A stretch of DNA of 64,000 bases from positions 1-64,000 of the forward strand of contig CAZWDO010000020.1 of NCBI GenBank assembly GCA_964632485.1, written 5' to 3'. This DNA is from an uncultured bacterium (GTDB taxonomy: Bacteria; JAGOEH01). A program made the position numbers and the translations under genes. Below, one piece after another: positions 48,947-59,339 of this stretch. The notes under the pieces are model-generated. The model ran no database searches and had not been told where the DNA came from. It saw only the letters and a list, made by a program, of their open reading frames with translations. Numbering within the stretch: position 1 is the first letter of the stretch; every line of letters begins with the position of its first letter.

Positions 48947-50314
48947 ATGAACGCTAAATTTATAAATCTGGAACAGACCCAAAAACGGTTATCTGACCTG
49001 GGACAGCAATTCGTTGTCATACAAAATCCTTCCTATCTATTCCCCGAATATGAAGTTGTCCCGTTATCCGCTATCTCGGCGCTGCCCATGGATCAATTGC
49101 TCGCCGTGGTGATGGATATGGATGGCACGACTACATCGACGGAGTTGTTATGTTTGCATTCCCAGGAATATATGATCCGGCGCGTTTCGGGATGCGAAAC
49201 TCCCGATGAGTGGCCGGGACTGGATCGACAGCGTGATTATCCCCATATTATCGGCAACAGTACCACCCGCCATATTGAGTATTTAATACAAACATATCAG
49301 GAAATGATCAGGCAAGAAAATATGAAACAGGCATTTTTTCAGGCGGTTCTATGGACAGCGGCCTACAATGGAGATCCCAATCGCCGCAAGGAGATGACCG
49401 GGAATGTGATCAATCTGGTAGGGCGTGAAATGGTTCAGGATAGTCAATGGCCACGAGAAAAAACAAAAATTGACCCATCTGATCTTACCCTGTTAGTTGA
49501 ATATTTTATTACTAATTATGGGGCGGCTTTTCAAGCGGATACGGTATCCGCGCAGGTTCGGGCGGGCATTGAGGTCTATTATCAACGCTATCACTCAATT
49601 TTGGAAGAATTTTTAGCAGGAAAGGGAGATGAGTTAGCGCGGGACTTGCTGGGTAATGCAGAAACTCGGTTAATTGCCCCTATGCCGGGAATTGCTATTT
49701 TTTTAGCATTGGTTCGGGGATTATTGGGTGAAGAATGTGTCCGTTTAGCGCCCTTGTTGCTTGAGTTATTGGAGCGTTCCATGCCAATGACGGCTCGCTC
49801 CATTTCGCTGGATCAAGCGAAAAATGTCCTTCAACAACTAAATCGTCGGTTCTCGCACGCGCCCTTGAAAACTGCGGTAGTGACGTCGTCGATCCATCAT
49901 GAGGCGCATATTGTTCTATCTGAACTTTTCCGGGTTATTGGCCATGAAATTGAGAACTGGCCGGTGAGCGATTCCAACAAGACCCGATTGCTTGAGGCGT
50001 TTCATGATTATACCGGGTTTTATGATACTGTTATTACGGCATCAGACTCCAGCGAAATCCGGCTGAAACCGCATCGGGATCTCTATAGCTTGGCGTTGCA
50101 CCAGTTGGGGATACCGCCGAAGGATTTTGGAAAGGTCGTTGGATTTGAGGATAGTGAAAGCGGCACGATCGCTATTCGTACCGCCGGTATCGGCGTCTGT
50201 GTGGCCGTGCCTTTTAGTGAAACTGCTCATCATGACTTTAAAGCCGCTACCCACACGCTGCATGGCGGTATTCCTGAAACCCTGCTTGTTCACCATTTGT
50301 TTGTCAAATTATAA
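48947..50314 (+). CDS. HAD-superfamily phosphatase/mutase with very large cap
   Basis: Motif I DMDGTT, motif II VVTSS, motif III LKPHRD, motif IV GFEDSESG. Confidence 0.8.
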   Translation: MNAKFINLEQTQKRLSDLGQQFVVIQNPSYLFPEYEVVPLSAISALPMDQLLAVVMDMDGTTTSTELLCLHSQEYMIRRVSGCETPDEWPGLDRQRDYPHIIGNSTTRHIEYLIQTYQEMIRQENMKQAFFQAVLWTAAYNGDPNRRKEMTGNVINLVGREMVQDSQWPREKTKIDPSDLTLLVEYFITNYGAAFQADTVSAQVRAGIEVYYQRYHSILEEFLAGKGDELARDLLGNAETRLIAPMPGIAIFLALVRGLLGEECVRLAPLLLELLERSMPMTARSISLDQAKNVLQQLNRRFSHAPLKTAVVTSSIHHEAHIVLSELFRVIGHEIENWPVSDSNKTRLLEAFHDYTGFYDTVITASDSSEIRLKPHRDLYSLALHQLGIPPKDFGKVVGFEDSESGTIAIRTAGIGVCVAVPFSETAHHDFKAATHTLHGGIPETLLVHHLFVKL

Positions 50315-50332
50315 TTATCGGGAGTCTTTACT

Positions 50333-53113
50333 ATGGAAAAACGGTACACATATCATGTGATATCAAATACTCATTGGGATCGCGAATGGCGGTTTTCCTT
50401 TCAGAAAAATCGCCAATACCTGGTCGATATGATCGACAGTGTGTTGGAAATACTGGACCGGGAGCCGGAATATCGGGCCTATCATCTGGATAGTCAAACG
50501 ATCGTATTAAATGATTACCTTCAGATACGGCCGCAAAATGAAGATAAAATCAAGCGGTATGTACGGGAAGGCCGTCTATTGATCGGCCCTTGGTACATAC
50601 TGCCTGACGAATTTTTGGTGGGCGGTGAGAATTTGATCCGCAATTTGTTGATTGGGCATCGTATCGCCCATCGCTTCGGTCATGTTATGAAGGTCGGATA
50701 TTCTCCATTTTCGTGGGGTCAAATTTCGCAATTGCCGCAGATATATGGGGGATTCGGTATCGATGTCATCATGTTTTATCGGGGTATCAATAGTTTGGAA
50801 AGTCCCAAGGCGGAGTTTATCTGGGAAGGACCTGACGGAACCCGGGCTTTGGGATCGCGGTTTTCCACCATGCCTCGCTACAATTTTTATTTTTATATCT
50901 ATCGGCCAGTCGCGCATAACGAACAGATTGCCGATGTCGTATATGATTGGCAAAAAGGGGGCATACCCATACACCCGGCGGATGCGGCATTGCATGAAGA
51001 AGATTATTCCCTGCTCGAAAGCGTGGATGAGTATCATGAGGAGTATCTTCCCCAAGCCGTGCAGAGTATTATTGACAAGCAACTGGATGATTTTACTACG
51101 TCTCATATATTCTGGGCTGAAGGCCATGATACCAGCGGCCCTGATATTAAAACCGTCCGGCTGATTAAGGATATCAACAAGGTTTTGACGAATGGCCGAT
51201 CTGTTCACAGTACTCTGGAGGAATATGTAGCTGGATTGAAGGCAGAGGTTCAGTGGGATCAATTGCCCGTGGTTCGGGGAGAACGGCGAAGCAGCCAGTT
51301 TGACCGCCGCTCCACAAACCTTTATGGCTATGTCACTTCGACCCGTATTTATTTGAAACAGATCAATGCTGAATGTGAAAAATGGCTGCAGAGTTATGCC
51401 GAGCCCTTTTATCAGTGGGCAGGTATCATGGGAATGGATCGTTCCACGCAATATTTAAATCTCGCTTGGGATTTGCTGGTCCAGAATTCTGCTCACGATT
51501 CCATCGGAGGATGCAGTCTGGACGAAATCCATGATGACATGATGAATCGCTATAAACAGATACTGGAGATTTCACATGGTGTTTTTATGCGCGCCTGGAA
51601 ATACCTGGTCCGTCAAATTGATCTTTCCGCTTATGCCCCCGATGCGTTGTTTTTAACGGTAATAAATCCGAATTCGTTTGAGCGCGAAGAAATTGTCGAA
51701 ATCTATATCGACATTCCGGCAACGATGGACCTGGGCTCTGCGCAATTGAGATCGATGGATGGCGCGTATCTCGAAACGCAATTGATGGCAACGGAATCAG
51801 TGGAACCGGTTCTGGAACAGTTGGTAGATCGTCCGATGTATTTTAAAATGCAACGTTATCGTATGCTGGCGAAAACGACAAAACTCCCTGCTTTTGGATA
51901 TTCTGTCGTCCAGATACTCCCTGTTTCCCCTGACGAAACGGCTCCATCCCTGTCGCCTATTGGTCGTATCGAGAATGATAATATGATGTTGGAAAATGAC
52001 TTTATTACAGTAACCATCCATGCGAACGGAACTTTTTCCTTATTTGATAAAATTAAGGATCACACTTATAGTGAATTGGGGTGGTTCTATGATGAAGGAG
52101 AAAACGGGCATGCCTGGGTGCATACTTCAGTGCCTCCTGTTTTTGATACCCGTGGATTGACACCTCGGCGCAGTTGGTCGCTGAATGGCCCATTAGCGGC
52201 GGTTTGCCGCATTGAGTATGAGTGGATGCTGCCAGCGACGCTGAGCGACAGACAGCAAACGGAGGGGCAAAAGGTTCGATTGCCTTTAGTGGTTACGCTA
52301 AGTTTGAAAAAAGCCGCAAAACGGGTTGAACTGGATATCGAGCTGGAGAACCGCAGTGAAAATCATCGCTTGCGCATCATGTTCCCCTATGGTTTGGCCG
52401 CCACCCATAGTTGGGCGGAGGGTCAATTTAATGTGGTTGCGCGTCCGGTGGATCGTCCCGATACCCGTGAATGGGTGGAACAGCCCATGGCTGATTTTCC
52501 CTTTGATCATTTTGTCGATCTACAGGATGGCAAAAAAGGGATGGCTCTCATCAGTCAGGGATTGAAAGAATATGAGGTAATGAACGACGAGAAACGAACT
52601 CTGGCATTAACATTGTTGCGGGCATTTACCTTTACTATACAACCCAGTTCGTTCCAGGATTATTCGCACCAGAAGGGATCGCAATGTTTGGGACGCTATT
52701 CTTATCGTATGGCGCTTTATCCGCATAAAGGTGACTGGTTGAAAGGGAAAGTTTATACCCAGGCTTTGAATTTTAATCGGGAAATCAGAGTGATGCAGAA
52801 TGGACGCAGCATCGGCAAGCTTCCCGCTAATCTATCCTTTTTAAAAATTGAACCGGAACAGCTTATATTAAGCTGCATTAAAGAACCGGAAAATACGGCT
52901 CAGGGAACAATCATTTTACGTCTGTTCAATCCAACTGATCAGGCGGTGAATGGAGCGATTCAAACGTGTTTGCCGGTGGAACGCGTTGAAAAATTAACTC
53001 TTGAAGAACTATTCATCAGTAAAATTGACGTGGAGGATCAGAGAATACCGATCCATTTGGGCGCCAAACAGATTGCAACGTATCGGTTATCATTTAAAGC
53101 GTTTCATTCATAA
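50333..53113 (+). CDS. GH38 alpha-mannosidase family (cytoplasmic, MngB-like)
   Basis: SNTHWDREW, HLDSQT, IGPWYILPDEFL, QNSAHDSIGGCS; no signal peptide. Confidence 0.9.
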   Translation: MEKRYTYHVISNTHWDREWRFSFQKNRQYLVDMIDSVLEILDREPEYRAYHLDSQTIVLNDYLQIRPQNEDKIKRYVREGRLLIGPWYILPDEFLVGGENLIRNLLIGHRIAHRFGHVMKVGYSPFSWGQISQLPQIYGGFGIDVIMFYRGINSLESPKAEFIWEGPDGTRALGSRFSTMPRYNFYFYIYRPVAHNEQIADVVYDWQKGGIPIHPADAALHEEDYSLLESVDEYHEEYLPQAVQSIIDKQLDDFTTSHIFWAEGHDTSGPDIKTVRLIKDINKVLTNGRSVHSTLEEYVAGLKAEVQWDQLPVVRGERRSSQFDRRSTNLYGYVTSTRIYLKQINAECEKWLQSYAEPFYQWAGIMGMDRSTQYLNLAWDLLVQNSAHDSIGGCSLDEIHDDMMNRYKQILEISHGVFMRAWKYLVRQIDLSAYAPDALFLTVINPNSFEREEIVEIYIDIPATMDLGSAQLRSMDGAYLETQLMATESVEPVLEQLVDRPMYFKMQRYRMLAKTTKLPAFGYSVVQILPVSPDETAPSLSPIGRIENDNMMLENDFITVTIHANGTFSLFDKIKDHTYSELGWFYDEGENGHAWVHTSVPPVFDTRGLTPRRSWSLNGPLAAVCRIEYEWMLPATLSDRQQTEGQKVRLPLVVTLSLKKAAKRVELDIELENRSENHRLRIMFPYGLAATHSWAEGQFNVVARPVDRPDTREWVEQPMADFPFDHFVDLQDGKKGMALISQGLKEYEVMNDEKRTLALTLLRAFTFTIQPSSFQDYSHQKGSQCLGRYSYRMALYPHKGDWLKGKVYTQALNFNREIRVMQNGRSIGKLPANLSFLKIEPEQLILSCIKEPENTAQGTIILRLFNPTDQAVNGAIQTCLPVERVEKLTLEELFISKIDVEDQRIPIHLGAKQIATYRLSFKAFHS

Positions 53114-53127
53114 GGAGTTTCAAGTCT

Positions 53128-55576
53128 ATGAAAATCAATCGTTACGGCTATTTTACCGCGGATCGCCGCGAATTTGTCATCACCGACCCGAGAACCCCGC
53201 GTCCCTGGTTTAATTATATGTGGAACGAACATTATGGCGGATTAATCTCTCATACGGGANNNNNNNNNNGAACGAAAAATATATGGGCATGATTTCACAT
53301 ACGGCCGGGGGATTTAGTTTTTATGAATGCCCGCGTGATAACCGTCTGACACGAATGCGTTATAATTGTTTGCCCTGGGACCGTCCGGGTCGCTATGTGA
53401 TCGTAAAGGATCGGGAAACCCGCCGTTATTGGTCTTTAAGCTGGGCGCCGACGATTGATCAGACTTATGACCGTTACGAGTGCCACCATGGCCAGGGTTA
53501 TACCCGTATAATTACGGAAAATGAGGGGATCGAAGGGTCGATCACTTATTTCGTTCCGCGGGATGTATCGGGTGAAATCTGGCGCGTCCAATTACAAAAC
53601 CGCAGTTCGCGCGATCGGGAACTTGAAGTTTATGCCTTTACCGAATTGTTGATGGGGAATGCCTTGAACGATATTATCAATCAACCGAATGATAAGCATT
53701 TTACAGAGATTAAATTTAATGAGGAAAAACAGTGCCTGGTGGCCACTCGCCGCTATTGGGTGCTGAATAAAAAAGTTTCGGTCTCTCAACCCAATATCCC
53801 CTGGGGTTATCATTTGTTTTTTACGATCTCTCTGCCGATCAGCGGATTTGACGGCAGTTTGGATAATTTTATCGGCCGCTGGCGTTCCGAAGCCAATCCG
53901 GAATCGATTGAAACCGGTCGCATGAAAAACACCGAGATTACCGCAGGAGATCCAATTGCGGCCTTGCAGTCAAAAATTACCTTAAAAGCGGGTGAAACGA
54001 TCGATTTTAACATTATCATGGCGGTGGCGCCCCGGGAAGAGACTGATCCCTATGAGTTTTTGGGCTGGGATCAACTTAGACAACCAGCGGTCGCCGACAA
54101 AAAACTTGATCAAGTGAAGAATTTTTGGACCGATTATCTAAATTGTTTTCAAGTAGAAACTCCCGATGAAAAATTTGATACAATGCTGAATGTGTGGAAC
54201 CAATATCAGGCCGGTGTAACATTCGATATGGCCCGTAACTCGGGTTATTACCATGGCGGTCTGCTGTTTGGAACCGGCATTCGCGACCAGTTTCAGGATA
54301 TTATGGGTATGCTGTTAGTGGATGCGCCCACTGTTCGGCGGCGGATGATGAATGCAATGCAGTACCAATTCAGCGACGGTTCCACACTGCATAATTTTTT
54401 CCGGCTAACCGGGAGCGGTGAAAAGACCAATCATTCCGATACACCGTTATGGATTCCTTTCGGTGTGATGGAATATTTAAAGGAAACCGGTGATGATTCG
54501 ATTCTTGAAGAGATCATTCGCTATCATGACCAGGGTGAAGGTACGGTCTATGAGCATTTGACCCGCGCGATTGATTATACAATCGTCAATTTGACGGAAC
54601 GTGGATTGCCGCGCATCTGGAAAGGTGATTGGAACGATACCCTGGATTACGTGGGGCCTCAGGGCAAGGGAGAAACGGTATGGGGAGCTTTTTTTCTGGG
54701 TTACAATTTAAAAAAAGTCATGTCTCTGATCGAAAAACACAATGATCAGGATCACTTGGATAAATACCGGCAGGTTTATGCAAAATTGGGTGAAATTACC
54801 AATACGTTATGCTGGGATGGCGATTGGTTTATCCGCGCGTTTCGGGATAATGGCAAACCGCTGGGAGTGGCCGCGCATGAGCAGGGAAAAATTTTTATTA
54901 ATTCCCAGACATGGTCGATTATTTCGGGATTAGCGACAGCGGAGCATGGCGCCAAGGCGTTGGAAGCCTGTNNNNNNNNNNCCGCCCCAATGGGATTCAG
55001 ATTTGCTGGCCGTCCTATCGTTGGGTAGAGGAGGATGTGGGTCTAATCAGCCGTTGTGTGCCTGGCAAAAAAGAAAACGGCGCTATTTTTAACCATGCCT
55101 CATCATGGTTTATTCTGGCCGCGATTTTAAATAACGATATTGATTATGCCTGGGACATCTATCAACGCATGATGCCGCTCAATTCCAGTCGTGATATAGA
55201 CCGTTATGAGGTTGAGCCGTATGTATATGCCGAATATATAACCAGTCCCGATCATCCTACGGATGGACAGGCCAGCCATTCCTGGTTGACCGGTTCCGGG
55301 GTTTGGATGCTTTATATTGGCATGTCGTATATAATCGGATTCCGCGCCGAACTGGAGGGTTTGGTCATTGATCCGCATATTCCGGCGCATTGGTCTTCAT
55401 TCAAAGCGAAGCGTCGCTATCGCGGCAAGACCATTGAATTGACTGTTCACAATCCCAAGGGGAAAAACCAGGGAGTGAGTTCAATGAAAATTAACGGACA
55501 TTTAATTGAAGGAAATATCATCGATGCGGCTAAATTTTCCGAGTCCGTTTTGAAAGTTGATGTTGAATTAGAATAA
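53128..55576 (+). CDS. GH94 glycoside phosphorylase (cellobiose/chitobiose phosphorylase family), one gene split by two N-gaps
   Basis: MKINRYGYF...TPRPWFNY, DRPGRY, GIRDQFQD, GDWNDTL, KENGAIFNH, EPYVY, SWLTGS. RBS AAGGAG. Gaps at 53260-53269 and 54972-54981. Confidence 0.88.
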
Positions 55577-55599
55577 ATTTAAACAAATAGGAGTTATTT

Positions 55600-57216
55600 A
55601 TGCAAAAACAGGTATTCCATGGAATTTTGATTTGCTTGTTATTTTTTTGCGCCCCATTGGTTAATGCCGACAATACTGTGAGTGAAGTGCGTGGGGTATG
55701 GATCACCAACGTCGATAGCGATATGCTTTTCAGCCATGCGAAATTGGTGGAAAGTATCGATTATTTGGCGCGAACCGGTTTCAATGTGATTTATCCAGTG
55801 GTTTGGAACAAAGGAATGACACTATTCCCCAGTCACATTATGGACTCAATTTTTGGAATTCCGCAGGATACCTTTTTTGCGCAGCAGGGGCGGGACCCCT
55901 TAGCTGAATTGATTGTGGAAGCTCATCGACATGGAATGGAAGTGATTCCCTGGTTCGAATTCGGGTTTTCCAGCTCCTATAATGAAAATGGCGGCCATAT
56001 CATTGCCAAAAAACCGCAATGGGCAGCTTTAGATAAAGATGGGCGGCTTCTGAAGAAAAACGGGTTTGAATGGATGGACGCTCTCAATCGTGAGGTACAG
56101 GATTTTGTTCTTTCACTGTTAATGGAATTGGTGACGAATTACGATATCGATGGAATTCAGGGTGATGACCGTTTGCCGGCCATGCCGGTGGAGGGAGGAT
56201 ATTCCCCGGCTGCGAAAGAATTGTATCGGCGCGATCATGGCGGCGTTGAACCGCCATCCAATCCGCGCGACATGGGATTTGTCCGCTGGAAAGCCACCCA
56301 ACTTAACCATTTCACCGCCCGCATGTATCGGATGATAAAGGCCGCCGACGCCAATCTGATCGTATCTATGGCGCCCAATATGTACAGTTGGGCCTATCTC
56401 GAATACCTGCAGGATTCCCGCACATGGCTCGATTCTGTTTATTGCGACCAGTATATTCCCCAGGTTTACCGGTGGCAGATCGCTGATTATAAAGAATTAA
56501 CGTTGAATATTTTTGGCGATACGGGACGCATGGAATACGGTTTTTTAAATCATTATTGGAAACAACGTTCTATCCCCGGTATTATCATTAAGGCTGGAAA
56601 TCAGTATAGTGATCAGAATTATGTGTTAGAAGCTGTACGCTACAACCGGTCATTGGGAATCGCGGGCGAAAGCTTTTTTTTCTATGAAGGATTGGGTAAA
56701 CTGAACAATTTTCTGGCGGATACCTTGCATAAATATGTTTATCAAAAACCGGCGCTGCCTTTTTATCGGCACGGTTATCTCTGGCGACCGGAAGCGAGAA
56801 TACTTCAGGCTGAAGATAATGGTAATCAACGAGAAGGAGAGTGGCGCGCGGATGCGAATTTAAAGGGATACCAGAATTCGCCGACGCTTGTTACCAGTGA
56901 CTCCAATGCAAAACTATCTTTTACGATTGATGCGCGGGATGCCGGGCTATACGATATTTTTTATTATGTTCCCCGAGGAATGGAAGGGAAAAAAGAATCG
57001 GTTGCCCAGCGGATAAAAATCGATTCACAGCCGATGAGTTTTTCATCGTCTGTTTCTGTCTGGGGATGGCAGTCGATCGGCGTTATTAATTTAAAAGCCG
57101 GTAAGCAAATTATTGATTTTACCTTCATGGGATCATCGGAAAATCCGCTATATATTGATGCGATCATGTTGATGGTCAATCGGCGCCATGCCCGGCAAAC
57201 GGTAGTCAACCCTTAA
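55600..57216 (+). CDS. exported GHL10 (DUF187) glycoside hydrolase with C-terminal CBM-like domain
   Basis: EVRGVWIT, DPLAELIVEAHRHGMEVIPWFEFG, YDIDGIQGDDR, PQVY; signal peptide. Confidence 0.85.
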   Translation: MQKQVFHGILICLLFFCAPLVNADNTVSEVRGVWITNVDSDMLFSHAKLVESIDYLARTGFNVIYPVVWNKGMTLFPSHIMDSIFGIPQDTFFAQQGRDPLAELIVEAHRHGMEVIPWFEFGFSSSYNENGGHIIAKKPQWAALDKDGRLLKKNGFEWMDALNREVQDFVLSLLMELVTNYDIDGIQGDDRLPAMPVEGGYSPAAKELYRRDHGGVEPPSNPRDMGFVRWKATQLNHFTARMYRMIKAADANLIVSMAPNMYSWAYLEYLQDSRTWLDSVYCDQYIPQVYRWQIADYKELTLNIFGDTGRMEYGFLNHYWKQRSIPGIIIKAGNQYSDQNYVLEAVRYNRSLGIAGESFFFYEGLGKLNNFLADTLHKYVYQKPALPFYRHGYLWRPEARILQAEDNGNQREGEWRADANLKGYQNSPTLVTSDSNAKLSFTIDARDAGLYDIFYYVPRGMEGKKESVAQRIKIDSQPMSFSSSVSVWGWQSIGVINLKAGKQIIDFTFMGSSENPLYIDAIMLMVNRRHARQTVVNP

Positions 57217-57237
57217 CGGACAATAAAGGAATAAACG

Positions 57238-59229
57238 ATGCAGATTAATCATGACCGACTTCAAAAGGTGGCCCATCAGATTCGCGGAATTGCGGCGGAT
57301 ATGGTCGAAAAAGCGCAAAGCGGCCACCCTGGTTTGCCTATGGGGTGCGCTGAATTGGGAGTTTTGCTTTGGGCTCATGTGATGAGCTACAATCCTGCCG
57401 AACCTTTATGGTTGAATCGCGATCGGTTTATTCTTTCCGCTGGTCATGGTTCCGCCTGGCTATATACTTGTTTGCATCTCGCAGGTTATGAGTATTCGCT
57501 TGAGAATCTTAAGCAATTCAGGCAAATGGGAAGCATCACTCCCGGTCATCCTGAATACGCTCCCTTACGGGGAGTGGAAACGACCACGGGTCCTCTGGGA
57601 CAGGGTTTTGCCAATGCGGTAGGTCAGGCGATTGCCGCCAAGTATTTATGCGCCCGGTTTCCGGAACTTTTTGATTATCGTATTTATGTTTTAGCGGGGG
57701 ATGGCGATATGATGGAAGGAATTACTTATGAAGCCGCGTCTCTGGCCGGGCATCTGGCATTGAATAATTTGATCGTTGTTTATGATGATAATCATATTAC
57801 AATAGATGGCAATACCGCTATGACGTTTACAGAAGATGTGGGAACTCGTTTTAAAGCGTTTGGCTGGAATGTGATTGACGCTTCGACCGACAATGTGGAG
57901 GAACTATTGGAAGCTTTACAAACGGCGCGTCGGGAAGAAATCCGACCCGCGCTGATCAGAATGCGTTCACTCATTGGTCAGGGGAGTCCCCATAAAGAAG
58001 GCACTTCCGCTTGTCATGGCGCGCCATTGGGACAAGAAGAACTCCGGTTGACTAAGATGAATCTGGGGCTTGATCCTGAACGCGCTTTTCAATTGGATCG
58101 GGATAGTTATCGCTACTTCCAGGAATATCATCAATGTATCACTACGCGTTATCAGGAATGGCAGGATCGATTTCGCGATTTTTATCGGGTGCCTGAAAAT
58201 CAGCTACGATGGGAGGATTTTTTCGCCTGGCAATTACCCGCTGACTATATAAATCAGCTTAAGGCGACAAAGAGCGGTAAAGCCAGAGCGACCCGAGATA
58301 TGAATGCGGTGATAATGCAAACCGTGGCTGAACTCTATCCCAATTTTATTGGCGGTTCGGCTGATCTGGGATCCTCCACGAAAACGGTTATTAAAAATAG
58401 TGGTAGTTTCGATAAAACCAACCGGCTCGGAAAAAATATCCATTTCGGAGTGCGCGAGCACGCAATGGCAGGGATTGCCAATGGATTGGCGCAAATGCCC
58501 GGACTTTGGCCCTTTGTATCAACGTTTTTTGTTTTTTCTGATTATCTACGCCCCTCCCTGCGATTAAGTTCACTGATGCAGGTCTCGGTTGTTTATATTT
58601 TTACTCATGATTCTTTTTATGTGGGTGAGGATGGCCCCACTCATCAACCGATTGAGCATCTGGACGCGATTAGTTTGATCCCCGGACTGACGATACTGCG
58701 ACCTGGTAATGAAGATGAATTGATTGCGTCCTGGCAGTGGATGTTGGAGCATCGCCACCAACCTGTTTGCCTGTTGCTTACACGCCAGAAAATCGAAGTA
58801 ACTGAATCTTCTGCGACTGAGGAGATGTTTGCGCGGGGAATCTATTTGTTTGATGGCGATTCTTCCGCGAATAAACCTGATTTACGGATTTTTGGAAGCG
58901 GTTCCGAACTGTCCAAAGCTGTTTCGATCGCCCGGGCGCTCCGCTCTGAAGAATTTACCGTCGATGTCTATAGCGCGCCATCTCTGTCATTTTTTAAAGA
59001 ACAGGAAGAAATCTACCGCCGATCCGTTTTTCCCGGGGATGACACTCCCGTAGTAGTGATCGAAGCCGCCAGCGGCCAACGATGGCAACGTTATTTAGGT
59101 CCAAATGATCTTTTAATAAATATTGATCATTTCGGCCATTCCGCGCCATGTGATTCTTTGGAAGAGTATTGGGAATTCACCCATGAGCATATTTTGAAAA
59201 AAATTAAAGAAAAAGTAAAAAAATGTTGA
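57238..59229 (+). CDS. tkt: transketolase
   Basis: SGHPGLPMG, RDRFILSAGH, TTGPLGQG, GDGDMMEG, FGVREHAM, THDS..VGEDGPTHQP. Confidence 0.96.
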   Translation: MQINHDRLQKVAHQIRGIAADMVEKAQSGHPGLPMGCAELGVLLWAHVMSYNPAEPLWLNRDRFILSAGHGSAWLYTCLHLAGYEYSLENLKQFRQMGSITPGHPEYAPLRGVETTTGPLGQGFANAVGQAIAAKYLCARFPELFDYRIYVLAGDGDMMEGITYEAASLAGHLALNNLIVVYDDNHITIDGNTAMTFTEDVGTRFKAFGWNVIDASTDNVEELLEALQTARREEIRPALIRMRSLIGQGSPHKEGTSACHGAPLGQEELRLTKMNLGLDPERAFQLDRDSYRYFQEYHQCITTRYQEWQDRFRDFYRVPENQLRWEDFFAWQLPADYINQLKATKSGKARATRDMNAVIMQTVAELYPNFIGGSADLGSSTKTVIKNSGSFDKTNRLGKNIHFGVREHAMAGIANGLAQMPGLWPFVSTFFVFSDYLRPSLRLSSLMQVSVVYIFTHDSFYVGEDGPTHQPIEHLDAISLIPGLTILRPGNEDELIASWQWMLEHRHQPVCLLLTRQKIEVTESSATEEMFARGIYLFDGDSSANKPDLRIFGSGSELSKAVSIARALRSEEFTVDVYSAPSLSFFKEQEEIYRRSVFPGDDTPVVVIEAASGQRWQRYLGPNDLLINIDHFGHSAPCDSLEEYWEFTHEHILKKIKEKVKKC

Positions 59230-59339
59230 CTTTTTTGTTTTTTCTTATATTATTAAACTATTAGTGTTGATGAACTGCTATTAAAACTGCCCGTTTTCCT
59301 AAAAAAAGGGAATGGGCTCATAATCTTAAGGAGAAACGC

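Noticed and set aside
50576..51451. 291-aa antisense ORF and other short overlapping ORFs in the track
   Set aside because: Shadow frames of well-supported genes, with no motifs or RBS.
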